DNA from: Opitutia bacterium
GTDB taxonomy: Bacteria > Verrucomicrobiota > Kiritimatiellia > CAIQIC01 > Lenti-01
Direction of reading: 5' to 3'
DNA length: 64,000 nucleotides
Assembly (NCBI GenBank): GCA_009928955.1
Contig: SABN01000002.1
Location: forward strand, 8,427 to 72,426
Below are positions 1 to 12,519 of this stretch, piece after piece. The first letter of the stretch is position 1; every line of letters begins with the position of its first letter. A program made the translations under genes and the position numbers. The notes beneath the pieces were generated by a model, which did no database searches, was not told the origin of the DNA, and saw only the letters and a list, made by a program, of their open reading frames with translations.

Positions 1-576
1 GACGGCGCCCCGTCCCCGGAAGTGGATGTTCAGGAAGTCGGCCGAAAACTCCCGCAGGAGCACTTCGCGCTCGGAAGCGGAGAAGCGCAGGTGGATGCCA
101 TCCACCGCGATGGCCCGCGAGCCTTGGCGGGCCCCGAATTTCCCTTGGCCCAGCGTCGCCCGCAGGGATCCGTCCACGATGGAAAAAACGGGGGTGACCG
201 GGCGGTGGCGCAGCAGCGGCAGGGGGTTGGCGATCACGGTGAGCGCCTCCGCTTCCATAAAAGGGTCCGGGGCGGCCGCCGTCGCGAACAGCCGGACGTT
301 CCGCGCGACGAGGCCGCGGTCGATTTCCAGCGTCAGCCGCTCGATCTGGAGGAAATAGCCGTGGGCGGCCATGCGGTCGAGAAAGAGATCGGTGAAATAG
401 GCGGGCAGCCCCACCAGATGCAGATAGGCGAACAGGACGGCCAGCAAGATCAGCAGGGTGAAGAAGATCCGCAGGATCCAGCTGGAGGAATGCCGGATGG
501 CCCGCAACAAGAAGGCCGCGAAGCGCCGCGCCCATGGGCGGCATTTCGCCTGCGAGGTTTCCGGTGCAGCATTCAC
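1..576 (-). CDS. membrane-anchored protein, N-terminal part only (AsmA/TamB-like N-terminus), runs off window
   Basis: Own translation of the minus strand from GTG at 576: VNAAPETSQAKCRPWARRFAAFLLRAIRHSSSWILRIFFTLLILLAVLFAYLHLVGLPAYFTDLFLDRMAAHGYFLQIERLTLEIDRGLVARNVRLF... This gives one N-terminal TM helix followed by beta-rich sequence. The + ORF 22..600 is its Arg/Gly/Gln-rich antisense shadow. The ORF is absent from the track because it has no stop inside the window. Confidence 0.5.
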   Translation of the reverse strand, partial: MNAAPETSQAKCRPWARRFAAFLLRAIRHSSSWILRIFFTLLILLAVLFAYLHLVGLPAYFTDLFLDRMAAHGYFLQIERLTLEIDRGLVARNVRLFATAAAPDPFMEAEALTVIANPLPLLRHRPVTPVFSIVDGSLRATLGQGKFGARQGSRAIAVDGIHLRFSASEREVLLREFSADFLNIHFRGRGAV

Positions 577-787
577 GGGGAGGCATCCTATTCCCTTTGA
601 TCGGCGGGGGAAAGCCCGAAAACCGGGACGGGGCGCCCCGGGAATGGCGAGGGTTGCGCGGTCCCCCTCCTGGCCACCGGGCCGGATGAAATTGCCGCTT
701 GCCAAGGGGCGGGGCGGGTGATAGGTTTCGCGCGATTTTCGCATCCGGCAACCTCCGGACGCCTAGAACACGGAACCCCGAAATCAT

Positions 788-1000
788 ATGAAAAAAGAGA
801 TCCATCCCAAGTACGACGACGCGACCATTTCCTGCGCATGCGGCCATGTGCTCAAGACCCGGTCGACGATCAAGACCATGAGCATCAACACCTGCGCGGC
901 CTGCCATCCGTATTTCACGGGCCAGGCGAAATTCATCGACACCGAAGGGCGCGTGGACCGCTTCAACAAGCGCTACGCCAAGGCCGCCACCAAGAAGTAG
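788..1000 (+). CDS. rpmE: 50S ribosomal protein L31
   Basis: 70 aa. MKKEIHPKY...[11 protein letters not shown]...[10 protein letters not shown] is the L31 signature. Confidence 0.95.
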   Translation: MKKEIHPKYDDATISCACGHVLKTRSTIKTMSINTCAACHPYFTGQAKFIDTEGRVDRFNKRYAKAATKK

Positions 1001-1091
1001 CGCGGCGGCGAGACGGGCCGGATTATCCCCGCGGGGAGCATCCGGCCCGTTTTGCATCTTGCGCCCCGCGCTCCCCCGGACATTCTTTCCC

Positions 1092-2186
1092 ATGGACCTG
1101 GACCCCTTGTATTTTCAGCAGGTGGCCGCGCGCGCCGAGGAGTTGGAGCGCGCGATGTCCGTGCCGGGCGCGGCGGCCAACCCCCGCACCTTCAAGGAGC
1201 TGGTCCGCGAACACCAACGCCTGCGCGACCTGTCGCTGGCTTCGGCGGAAGTTCAGCGCCTCCTCCGCGTGATGGCCGAGAACGCCGAGCTGCTCGCCGC
1301 CAGCGCGAGCGATCCGGAGATGGCGGAAATCGCCCGCGAGGAAAAGGCGGAGCTGGAAGCGGAGCTGCCGAAGGCGGAGCGCCGGCTCATGGGGTTGATG
1401 CTGCCGCCGGACCCCGACGACAGCCGCAACACCATCCTGGAGATCCGCGCCGGCACGGGCGGGGAGGAGGCCGCCCTGTTCGCGGGCGACCTGTACCGGA
1501 TGTATACCCGTTTCGCCGATTCGCGCGGATGGAAGACCGGCGTGATCGACGCCTCGCCCTCCGACCTGGGCGGCTTCAAGGAAATCATCTTTTCGGTCGA
1601 AGGCACGGATGTCTACAAGACGCTCCGCTATGAAAGCGGCGGGCATCGCGTGCAGCGCGTGCCCGCAACCGAGGCCCAGGGCCGCATCCACACGTCGGCC
1701 GCCACCGTGGCCGTGCTGCCCGAGGTCGAGGAGGTCAGCGAAGTGGAGATCAAGAACGAGGATCTGCGGATCGATCTGTATTGCGCCTCCGGTCCGGGCG
1801 GCCAGAAGGTCAACAAGACCGAATCGGCCATCCGCATCACCCATCTGCCGACGGGGCTGGTGGTGGCCTGCCAGGACGAGCGCAGCCAAAACCGGAATCG
1901 CGACAAGGCCATGCGGGTGCTGGCCGCCCGCCTGCTGGACCTCAAGCGCCAGCAGGACCACGACAAGATGGCCGACGAGCGCAAGACGCAGATCGGGTCG
2001 GGCGACCGCAGCGAGCGCATCCGCACCTACAATTTCCCGCAGAACCGCCTGACCGACCACCGCATCAACCTGACGTTGTATTGCCTCGACCAGATCGTGG
2101 AGGGCAAGCTGGACGAGGTCATCGGCGCCTTGCAGGCGCGCGACATCGAGTTGCGGCTGGCCGCCCAGATGGGATCTTCCCGCTGA
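1092..2186 (+). CDS. prfA: peptide chain release factor 1
   Basis: GGQ motif ([23 protein letters not shown]) and RF1-type P-x-T tripeptide ([14 protein letters not shown]). Start placed at MDLDPL (1092) rather than the track's 1059. Confidence 0.92.
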   Translation: MDLDPLYFQQVAARAEELERAMSVPGAAANPRTFKELVREHQRLRDLSLASAEVQRLLRVMAENAELLAASASDPEMAEIAREEKAELEAELPKAERRLMGLMLPPDPDDSRNTILEIRAGTGGEEAALFAGDLYRMYTRFADSRGWKTGVIDASPSDLGGFKEIIFSVEGTDVYKTLRYESGGHRVQRVPATEAQGRIHTSAATVAVLPEVEEVSEVEIKNEDLRIDLYCASGPGGQKVNKTESAIRITHLPTGLVVACQDERSQNRNRDKAMRVLAARLLDLKRQQDHDKMADERKTQIGSGDRSERIRTYNFPQNRLTDHRINLTLYCLDQIVEGKLDEVIGALQARDIELRLAAQMGSSR

Positions 2187-3052
2187 TGCCGGAAGGCGTT
2201 CGCAACTGGGAGGCGCTGCTGGCCCAAGGCAGAACCCGGCTTGAGCAGGCGGGGATCGACGAGGCGCCCATCAAGATCCGCTGGGTGGCCGCCCATCTGC
2301 TGGGGTGCGGCCTCCTCGGCGTGCTGCGCCATCTCGCCGAAGTTCCGGCTCCCGGGGCGGTTCACGCCTTCGAAGCCGCCTTGGTCCGGCTGGAGACCGA
2401 CGAGCCCGTGCAATATGTGATCGGCGAGACGGATTTCATGGGGGTGCGGATCCACTGCGATGCCCGGGCCTTGATCCCGCGTCCCGAAACCGAGGTGCTC
2501 GTCGGCTGCGCCGAGGCGTTCCTCCGGGACCGGCCGGGAACGCCGGTGGTCGCGGACGTCTGCACGGGCACCGGCTGCATCGCCTGCGCCCTGGCGCAGC
2601 GCATTCCCCGCGCCCGCCTCCTCGCCACCGACCTCAGTCCCGGCGCGCTGGCGCTCGCGCGCCAGAACGCGCGCGCCCTGGGGGTTTCCGTGGAATTCAT
2701 CCAGACCGACCTGCTGGACGGAATCGCGGAGGCCAGCGTGGATCTGGTGGTTTCCAACCCCCCGTACGTGGCCACCGCCGCCTGCGGGCGCCTGCCCCGG
2801 ACCGTGAGGGACTTCGAACCCCGGCTGGCGCTGGACGGGGGCAGCGATGGCCTGCGCGTGATTTCGCGGCTTGTCGAGGAGGCCGCCCGTGTGCTTACAT
2901 CCGGGGGACGGTTCATGATGGAAATCGGCGACGACCAGGCCGATGCCGCGCTGGAGATCTTGTGCACGACGACCCCATTCAAAATCCAGACGCTCCGGTC
3001 CGACTTCGCCGGACGGGCGCGCGTCGCGACAGCCGAGCGGACGAAGCGCTGA
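2186..3052 (+). CDS. prmC: release factor glutamine N5-methyltransferase
   Basis: NPPY motif (VVSNPPYV) and SAM-binding VADVCTGTGCIA. The ATG overlaps the prfA stop (TGATG at 2184-2188). The track ORF 1781..3052 is a 5' over-extension. Confidence 0.9.
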   Translation: MPEGVRNWEALLAQGRTRLEQAGIDEAPIKIRWVAAHLLGCGLLGVLRHLAEVPAPGAVHAFEAALVRLETDEPVQYVIGETDFMGVRIHCDARALIPRPETEVLVGCAEAFLRDRPGTPVVADVCTGTGCIACALAQRIPRARLLATDLSPGALALARQNARALGVSVEFIQTDLLDGIAEASVDLVVSNPPYVATAACGRLPRTVRDFEPRLALDGGSDGLRVISRLVEEAARVLTSGGRFMMEIGDDQADAALEILCTTTPFKIQTLRSDFAGRARVATAERTKR

Positions 3053-3066
3053 GCGACCGCCGCTAT

Positions 3067-3540
3067 TTGCCGCGCCGCGCCCGCAGCAAGGGCGTGTATG
3101 GCGGATTGGTGGTGCTGTTCGTGCTGCTGGGATTCATCCTGCAGTTCAAATGGATGGAGCAAGCCAAGGAAAAAGGCGCCACGGACATCATCCCCACGGG
3201 ATTCGCGAACAAGCTCAGCCAGTGGATGCTGCAAAAGAAGGGGCTGGACCCGAACTCGGGAGATGCCACCGGCGTCAAAAAGATCCTGTGCGAGACCTGC
3301 CTGGGCAGCGGGATCCATCTGACCGATGGAGGCCAGGAGGAAATCTGCCCCATCTGCCAAGGCGTGGGTTTCCGCATGGTCCGCTTCATGGATTCCGCCG
3401 ATCGCATTTGTCCCAATTGCGCGGGGATGGGCCGCTTTGCGAGCCAAGACACCCGCGCCGTGGGCACGTGTCCCCGGTGCGATGGCCGCGGCCTGATCCG
3501 CAGCTCGCCGGCGCCGGATTCCGCGCCGGATGGAATCTAA
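3067..3540 (+). CDS. membrane-anchored protein with DnaJ-type zinc-finger domain (4x CxxCxGxG)
   Basis: C-terminal part of track ORF 2305..3540. It has a basic N-terminus and a TM helix (GLVVLFVLLGFILQF). Four CxxCxGxG repeats follow: CETCLGSG, CPICQGVG, CPNCAGMG, CPRCDGRG. The start is uncertain (TTG 3067 or GTG 3094). Confidence 0.6.
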   Translation: MPRRARSKGVYGGLVVLFVLLGFILQFKWMEQAKEKGATDIIPTGFANKLSQWMLQKKGLDPNSGDATGVKKILCETCLGSGIHLTDGGQEEICPICQGVGFRMVRFMDSADRICPNCAGMGRFASQDTRAVGTCPRCDGRGLIRSSPAPDSAPDGI

Positions 3541-3542
3541 CC

Positions 3543-4880
3543 ATGTTTGATCGTCTTTCGAACCGCCTCCAATCGGCCTTTCGCAATCTGCGCGGATACG
3601 GCCAGATCTCCGAGAAGAACATCCAGGACGCCTTGCGCGAAGTGCGCATGGCGCTCCTCGAGGCGGATGTGCATTACGCCACCGCCAAGGACTTCATCGA
3701 GCGCGTCAAGGCCCAGAGCCTCGGCGCCGAGGTGCTTGGCAGCGTCACCCCGGGACAGCAGATCATCAAGATCGTCCATGACGAGCTGGGGGCGCTGCTG
3801 GGGGGGGAGCAGAAGGATTTCAACCTCGCCGCGATCCCGGCGGAAGTGATGCTGCTGGGCCTGCACGGCTCGGGCAAGACCACCACCTGCGGCAAGCTCG
3901 CGCGCATGTGGAAGCAGAAGGGCAAGAAGGTCCTGCTGGTGGCCTGCGACATCCGCCGCCCCGCCGCCGTGGACCAGCTGGAGGTGCTGGCCCAGCAGAG
4001 CGGCGCGGGGCTCGTCAAGCCCCTGCCCGGCGAATCCGTTCCCGACCTCGGGCGCCGCGCCTTCAAATTCGCCCGCGAAAACTACTACGACATCGTCCTC
4101 TACGACACCGGTGGGCGTTTCCAGATCGACGGGGAGCTCGTCGAGGAACTGAAGGCCCTGCGCGCCGCCACGGAGCCGCAGAACGTCGTGCTCGTGCTGG
4201 ATGCCGCCATCGGCCAGGAGTCGGTCAACGTGGCCCAGGCCTTCCACGCGGCCGTCGGGCTGACCGGCCTGATCCTGACCAAGCTCGACGGCGACGCCCG
4301 CGGCGGCGCCGCGCTTTCGGTCGTCTCGGTCACGAAGTGTCCCATCCTGCGCATCGGCACGGGCGAGCGCGCGGAAGACCTCGAGCTTTTCCATCCCGAC
4401 CGCATGGCCTCCCGCATCCTCGGCATGGGCGACGTGGTCAGCCTCGTGGAGAAGGTGCAGGAAACCCTGGACGCGGGCGAAGCCGAGAAGATGCAGGAGA
4501 AGCTCCGCACCAAGCAGGGGCTCGACCTGAACGATTTCCTGTCCCAGATGCGCCAGCTCAAGAAGATGGGTTCCCTGGGCAAGATCCTGGAGATGATCCC
4601 CGGCGCCGGGGCCATCACCGGCGACCTGCGCGCCCGCATCGCGAACGATTCCGGCGGCCAGATGAAGAAGACGGAGGCGCTGATCCTGAGCATGACGCCC
4701 CGCGAGCGGCGCCATCCGGACCTCCTCGACGCCAGCCGCCGCAAGCGCATCGCCCGCGGCAGCGGTTGGTCGGTCAGCGACGTCAACGAGCTGCTGCGCA
4801 GCTTCCGCCAGGCGCAGCAGATGGCCAAGAAAATGAAGCAGCTGCAAAAAAGATTGCCTCGGGGGGGGCTTTTCAGATAG
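3543..4880 (+). CDS. ffh: signal recognition particle protein Ffh
   Basis: MFDRLSNRLQSAFRNLRG... N domain, GTPase motifs (GLHGSGKTTTCGKLA, DTGGR, TKLD) and a Met-rich M domain. Start at 3543 within track ORF 2943..4880. Confidence 0.95.
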   Translation: MFDRLSNRLQSAFRNLRGYGQISEKNIQDALREVRMALLEADVHYATAKDFIERVKAQSLGAEVLGSVTPGQQIIKIVHDELGALLGGEQKDFNLAAIPAEVMLLGLHGSGKTTTCGKLARMWKQKGKKVLLVACDIRRPAAVDQLEVLAQQSGAGLVKPLPGESVPDLGRRAFKFARENYYDIVLYDTGGRFQIDGELVEELKALRAATEPQNVVLVLDAAIGQESVNVAQAFHAAVGLTGLILTKLDGDARGGAALSVVSVTKCPILRIGTGERAEDLELFHPDRMASRILGMGDVVSLVEKVQETLDAGEAEKMQEKLRTKQGLDLNDFLSQMRQLKKMGSLGKILEMIPGAGAITGDLRARIANDSGGQMKKTEALILSMTPRERRHPDLLDASRRKRIARGSGWSVSDVNELLRSFRQAQQMAKKMKQLQKRLPRGGLFR

Positions 4881-4970
4881 AAACCACGGCGATTTGGGAT
4901 CCTACCCGGGCTTCAACATGGTTTGGCCGCGCCCGGGGCGGCAACACTAAGGAAAGAACAAGGCATCAAC

Positions 4971-5222
4971 ATGGCAGTTAAGATTCGTCTCCGCAGAATG
5001 GGCGCCAACAAGAAACCCTTCTTCCGCATCGTCGCCGCGGATGGCCGCAGCGCCAACGCCGGGACCTTCCTCGAGGAGCTCGGCTGGTACGAGCCCGGCA
5101 AGAAGACCGACACCTACAAGCTCGACCTCGCCAAGGCCGAGGCATGGATCGCCAAGGGCGCGCAGCCCAGCGAAACCGTGGTCGCCCTGCTCAAGAAGAG
5201 CCGGGCCGCCGCCGCCAAGTAG
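4971..5222 (+). CDS. rpsP: 30S ribosomal protein S16
   Basis: MAVKIRLRRMGANKKPFFRIVAADGRS... is the canonical S16 N-terminus. Confidence 0.95.
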   Translation: MAVKIRLRRMGANKKPFFRIVAADGRSANAGTFLEELGWYEPGKKTDTYKLDLAKAEAWIAKGAQPSETVVALLKKSRAAAAK

Positions 5223-5289
5223 CCGCGCGTCCGCGCGGCTCCTTCCATCCCCCTCCCGCATTTTCCCATCCCCCCTCCCGAGGACTCCC

Positions 5290-5520
5290 ATGAAAGAACT
5301 GATCGAATATGTCGTCAAGACGCTGGTGGATCATCCCGAAGAAATCCGCATCGCCGAAATCGTGGGCGAGCGCACCATCGTCTTCGAGCTGCGCTGCCAT
5401 CCCGAGGACGTCGGCAAAGTGATCGGCAAGAGCGGCAAGACCGTCGGCGCCATCCGCACCCTGCTCAGCACGGTCGCGGCCCGGCAGAACCGGCGCGCCA
5501 TGCTCGAAGTGGTCGAATAG
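5290..5520 (+). CDS. KH-domain RNA-binding protein (UPF0109/YlqC-like)
   Basis: 76 aa with the GxxG KH motif ([15 protein letters not shown]). It sits in the conserved position between rpsP and trmD. Confidence 0.85.
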   Translation: MKELIEYVVKTLVDHPEEIRIAEIVGERTIVFELRCHPEDVGKVIGKSGKTVGAIRTLLSTVAARQNRRAMLEVVE

Positions 5521-5533
5521 ACCCGGCCCTCCG

Positions 5534-6250
5534 ATGGCGGCAGCCCCGCTGCAGATCGACATCGTCACCATCTTCCCCCGGATGCTCGACGGCATCCTGG
5601 GGGAAAGCATGCTCAAGCGCGCGCAGGACGCCGGCCTCGTCCAGGTCCGCTGCGTCAACCTGCGCGACTACGCCAGCGGCGCGCATCTGACCACCGACGA
5701 CCGCCCCTATGGCGGCGGGCCCGGCATGGTGATGAAGCCTGAGCCGGTCTTCAAGGCCGTGGACGCCCTGCGCCGGCCGGAGAGCAAGGTGATCCTGATG
5801 ACGCCCCAGGGCGAGCCCTTCAAGCAGGCCACCGCGATGGCCCTCTCGAAGGAAGCGCACCTGATCCTCCTGTGCGGCCACTACGAGGGCGTGGACGAAC
5901 GCATCCGCGAAGCCCTCGCCGACATGGAAATCTCCATCGGCGACTACATCCTCACCAACGGCGTGATCTCCGCGGCGATCGTGGTCGACGCCGTCGTGCG
6001 GCTCTTGCCCGGCGCCTTGGGCGGGGAAGGGGCGGCCGAGGACGAATCCTTCACCACGGGCCTGCTGGAATATCCGCACTACACGCGGCCGCCGGTCTTC
6101 CGCGGCATGGCCATCCCGGAGATCCTGACCAGCGGCAACCACGCGGAAATCGCCAAATGGCGCCGGGCGCAATCCATCGAACGCACGAAGGCCCGCCGCC
6201 CCGATTTGCCGCTGCCGCCGCCGCCGCCCGCGAAGAAGAAAAAACGCTAG
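5534..6250 (+). CDS. trmD: tRNA (guanine37-N1)-methyltransferase
   Basis: [10 protein letters not shown]...[15 protein letters not shown]...[13 protein letters not shown]...[11 protein letters not shown] are TrmD hallmark segments. Confidence 0.93.
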   Translation: MAAAPLQIDIVTIFPRMLDGILGESMLKRAQDAGLVQVRCVNLRDYASGAHLTTDDRPYGGGPGMVMKPEPVFKAVDALRRPESKVILMTPQGEPFKQATAMALSKEAHLILLCGHYEGVDERIREALADMEISIGDYILTNGVISAAIVVDAVVRLLPGALGGEGAAEDESFTTGLLEYPHYTRPPVFRGMAIPEILTSGNHAEIAKWRRAQSIERTKARRPDLPLPPPPPAKKKKR

Positions 6251-6292
6251 TCCCCGCAGGCGGGGACGCGCGGCCCGTTTCCGGCGGCGACG

Positions 6293-6311
6293 TTTTCCAC
6301 GCTGTGGAAAA
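6293..6311. repeat. intergenic palindrome TTTTCCAC-GCT-GTGGAAAA (family member)
   Basis: Read directly. 8-bp arms with a 3-nt spacer, between the convergent trmD and DoxX gene ends. Flanked by two further hairpins: TCCCCGC/GCGGGGA at 6251-6266 and AACCGG-TTCG-CCGGTT at 6312-6327. Confidence 0.8.
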
Positions 6312-6328
6312 ACCGGTTCGCCGGTTTC

Positions 6329-6748
6329 TCAGCCGAGCTTCTGGGAGACCAGCGCGTCCAGCGACCACCGGCCGGCGCCCTTGAGCAGGAAGAACAGGGC
6401 GGGGACCAGATAGAGCCACGCGGTTTCCTGCGCGGAGAACGGCTGGCCGCCATGCGCGACGAAAACCGCGACGGCCATGGTTGCCGCGATCAGGAACGCC
6501 GCGGGGCGGGTCAGCAGGCCGAGGGCCAGCAGGATCGCGCCGAAGCTCTCCGCGAAGGCCGCCAGGAAGGCGGACACCTGCGGGAGGGGAATGCCCATGC
6601 CGGCGACGCCTTGGGTGAAGCCGTCCAGGCCGCCGAACATCTTGCCCCAGCCGTGGGTGAGCAGCGCCCCGCCGATGAAGACGCGCAGGATCAAGAGCCC
6701 GACGTTGGAATCCGAGCCGGCGCCAAACAGGTGTTTTTTGAGGTTCAT
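6329..6748 (-). CDS. DoxX family membrane protein
   Basis: MNLKKHLFGAGSDSNVGLLILRVFIGGALLTHGWGKMF... with 4 TM segments, typical of DoxX. The ATG overlaps the stop of the upstream oxidoreductase (ATGA). Confidence 0.85.
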   Translation of the reverse strand: MNLKKHLFGAGSDSNVGLLILRVFIGGALLTHGWGKMFGGLDGFTQGVAGMGIPLPQVSAFLAAFAESFGAILLALGLLTRPAAFLIAATMAVAVFVAHGGQPFSAQETAWLYLVPALFFLLKGAGRWSLDALVSQKLG

Positions 6749-7881
6749 ACGTGGTTTCCTTTCATGGCCAGTTTCAAGCAACCGGCGAAGTTTTCGAACG
6801 AGTAGTTGCGGACGCCGCACATCAGGTGGTGCAGGCGCACGCCGAGGCGGCCATGCACCCACAGGCCGAAGGGCAGGCGGCCGACGCTGGTTTCGCGGAA
6901 GGGGACGACCCAGCCCAGATCGAGCGGATGGAAGGGGCGGGTGGGTTTTCCGCGCAGGCGGCGGGCGAGGTTGCGTCCGGCGCGGCGTCCGCCGTAGTAG
7001 GCGAAGTTGACCGCCTTGCGCAGGGGCTGGCCGCGGTGCAGGATCGCGGCGGCATCGCCGGCGGCGAAGACGTCCGGATACATCGGCAGGGAAAGATCCG
7101 GGGCCACCTTCAGGCGGCCGTCGCGCAGGCGTTCGACGGTTCCCTTGATTTCCGGCACGGCGAACTGCGAGCCCGCCGCCCAGCAGAAGAAGACGTTTCC
7201 ATAGGTCTGGCCGCCGGCCACGGCGGTTTGTCCGTCGAAGGACTCCACCGCCACGCCCAAGCGGACTGCCGCGCCTTGGGCCGTCAGGAAATCCAGCACG
7301 AACTGGCGCTGCTTGTCCGGCAAGGAAGGCAGCAGGATCGGCGTCGGATCGACGATCGTCACGCCGCAGGATTTGCCGGCGGCCTTGGCGCGGAAGAACA
7401 GGCTCATCGCCAGCTCCAGGCCGGTATAGCCGGTGCCGGCCACCAGCACCTGCGGATGCGCCGTTTCCTGGAGATACGCTTCGAAATCGCGGCGGATGCG
7501 CCGGGCATCGTCCAAAGTCGCCAGCGGGTGCATCCGGTCGCGGGGAAAGGGGGACTGATAGAAATTGGGGACCGATCCGGCCGCGATCAGCAACTGGTCA
7601 TAGGCGTACGTTTCCCCGCCCGCCGTCACCAGCCGCCGGTCCAGATCGATGGAAGTCGCGGATTGTTGGATATGGGTCGCGCGGGGCGGCAGCAGATCGG
7701 CCAACGAATGCCGCGTCAGCCGCTCGGGAACCCAGCCACCTGCCAAGTCGGGCAGGGCGGGCAACATCGTCGCGACCGGGCTGGGGTCGATCACGACCAA
7801 GTCGGTTAGCGCGCCCCGCAAAGCTTTGCAGGCTTGCAGGCCGGCAAACCCGGCGCCGAGGATAACCGTACGGGGCTTCAT
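6745..7881 (-). CDS. NAD(P)/FAD-dependent oxidoreductase, type II NADH:quinone oxidoreductase family
   Basis: Two Rossmann GxGxxG motifs (VILGAGFAGL, VLVAGTGYTGLE) and a C-terminal FAAGD motif. Start at MKPRTV (7881). Confidence 0.85.
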   Translation of the reverse strand: MKPRTVILGAGFAGLQACKALRGALTDLVVIDPSPVATMLPALPDLAGGWVPERLTRHSLADLLPPRATHIQQSATSIDLDRRLVTAGGETYAYDQLLIAAGSVPNFYQSPFPRDRMHPLATLDDARRIRRDFEAYLQETAHPQVLVAGTGYTGLELAMSLFFRAKAAGKSCGVTIVDPTPILLPSLPDKQRQFVLDFLTAQGAAVRLGVAVESFDGQTAVAGGQTYGNVFFCWAAGSQFAVPEIKGTVERLRDGRLKVAPDLSLPMYPDVFAAGDAAAILHRGQPLRKAVNFAYYGGRRAGRNLARRLRGKPTRPFHPLDLGWVVPFRETSVGRLPFGLWVHGRLGVRLHHLMCGVRNYSFENFAGCLKLAMKGNHV

Positions 7882-7932
7882 AGGCCAGCAATCTACTATA
7901 GAATGCGGAAAATGCAAAAACCGCGGGAAAGA

Positions 7933-8493
7933 TCAGCGGGGCGCGTCGGGACGCGTGCGCGGGGGGCGGATGCGCGGGAACCAGCGCAGGGCGTTGCGGA
8001 GCTGGGGGGCTTCGGCGGAGGCTGCAGACTGGATATCGGCGTAGAGCTTGCGGTAGCGCTCGAGGACGCGCCGGGCGTCGTCGCCGACCTCCTTGTGGCT
8101 GAAGAGGGCGCGGGGCGCGACGGCGAAATCAAGGCGGGGCTGGAGCATCCGGTTCAGGATTTCGGGGCCGAGGTCGTGGTGGGTGAGGAGCAGGCGGCGC
8201 TCGGGATTCCGGGTGTGGGTGCATTCGTCGAGGTACCACGTGGGCGAACCCGTCGCATCGAAATGCAGCAGCTGCAGCAGATGCTTCTCGGTCTTCCAGA
8301 GCTCGACGAGGCTTTTTTCGGAGATGCCCAGCAGGTGCAGATGGACGAGCTTGCGCAGCAGGGCGAAGTAGGCGGGGGAATAGGCCGCGCCTTCGAGGAT
8401 GGGCAGATCGAACGTCTTCTGGAGGTGCATCACGTGGATCGCCGGGCGGTTCAGCGCCTGGGCCATCTGTCCGACTGTCAGGGTTGCGGCCAT
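7933..8493 (-). CDS. hypothetical protein, possible N-terminal HTH
   Basis: 186-aa ORF in the ileS-to-DoxX co-directional gene string. The N-terminus LTVGQMAQALNRPAIHVMHLQK resembles a MerR-like HTH. No firm family call is possible by eye. Confidence 0.5.
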   Translation of the reverse strand: MAATLTVGQMAQALNRPAIHVMHLQKTFDLPILEGAAYSPAYFALLRKLVHLHLLGISEKSLVELWKTEKHLLQLLHFDATGSPTWYLDECTHTRNPERRLLLTHHDLGPEILNRMLQPRLDFAVAPRALFSHKEVGDDARRVLERYRKLYADIQSAASAEAPQLRNALRWFPRIRPPRTRPDAPR

Positions 8494-8528
8494 CGGCGGA
8501 AGATCCTACCTGGGGAAAACGGGGGCGA

Positions 8529-9038
8529 TCAGGGAGTTGCGGGCGGAGCCGGCGAACGGCCGACGAACGCGGCCACGAAACCGGGCTTCAGCGCGAGGAG
8601 CAGTCCGAGCGCAAGCTGCAAGGCGACGGGGGCCAATTGGCGCAACGCCAGTTGCGGCGAGGAGTCCCAGATCTGCCGGAACTCGAGCAGGGCGCGGGCC
8701 AACGGGGAGAGGGACCGCACCGTCACGAAGATGCCGATGAGCGCGACGCCGACGATCAGCGCCGGAACCCGTTCCAATCCCTCGACCGGAGCCTCGTCGC
8801 CCACGCCGACTTTGCGGGCCAGCCATTCGGTCTTCGCCAGCAGCACCCATGCGATGACCAGGGCAACCGCCAGATAGATCGTCAGTCCGGCCAAGCTCGG
8901 CAGGACTCCGGAGAGCGAACCGGAATCGCTGCGGGAAACCAAGGACATCATAATGGCCATTTGGGTGACGCCCAGCAAGGCCGTGTAGAGCTGGATCAGG
9001 CCCAGCAGCTTCGCGAAGACAAGAAACAACTTTTTCAT
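8529..9038 (-). CDS. hypothetical integral membrane protein
   Basis: 169 aa with about 5 hydrophobic helices. It starts 20 nt downstream of the ileS stop on the same strand. Confidence 0.55.
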   Translation of the reverse strand: MKKLFLVFAKLLGLIQLYTALLGVTQMAIMMSLVSRSDSGSLSGVLPSLAGLTIYLAVALVIAWVLLAKTEWLARKVGVGDEAPVEGLERVPALIVGVALIGIFVTVRSLSPLARALLEFRQIWDSSPQLALRQLAPVALQLALGLLLALKPGFVAAFVGRSPAPPATP

Positions 9039-9057
9039 GGGTTTCCTTTGTTCTGAC

Positions 9058-12252
<3,195 letters not shown>

Positions 12253-12519
12253 GGGTTTTCCTTGGGTGCCAAAATCAGCCGCACATTGAACGGCGGCAGG
12301 GGGGATTTGTCAAGGAGGCAGGGGGGCACAGTTTGGTCCGAAACCGTGAACCGCTGAACCCTTGAACCGTGAACCCTTTTCCGCTCCTACGAGCCTTTTG
12401 CACAACTCCAGTCGGACGACACGGAGGTTGTCCCTCCAAGACCGAAAACAGGCCATGGGGAACTTCTGGAGGGGCGGACTCCGTCCCGACCGTATGGGCT
12501 GTAGTTGTGCAAGTGGCTC
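12253..12519 (-). promoter_or_regulatory. structured 267-nt ileS leader / intercistronic region
   Basis: Long-range 14-bp stem (13/14 paired) between 12398-12411 and 12499-12512. Inner hairpin GGAGG-TTGTC-CCTCC at 12423-12437. Four GGTTCA repeats at 12347-12375. Confidence 0.35.

Noticed and set aside
12253-12519. T-box riboswitch upstream of ileS
   Set aside because: No T-box 14-mer (AGGGUGGNACCGCG-like) or specifier-loop architecture is visible. It is retained only as an unclassified structured leader.
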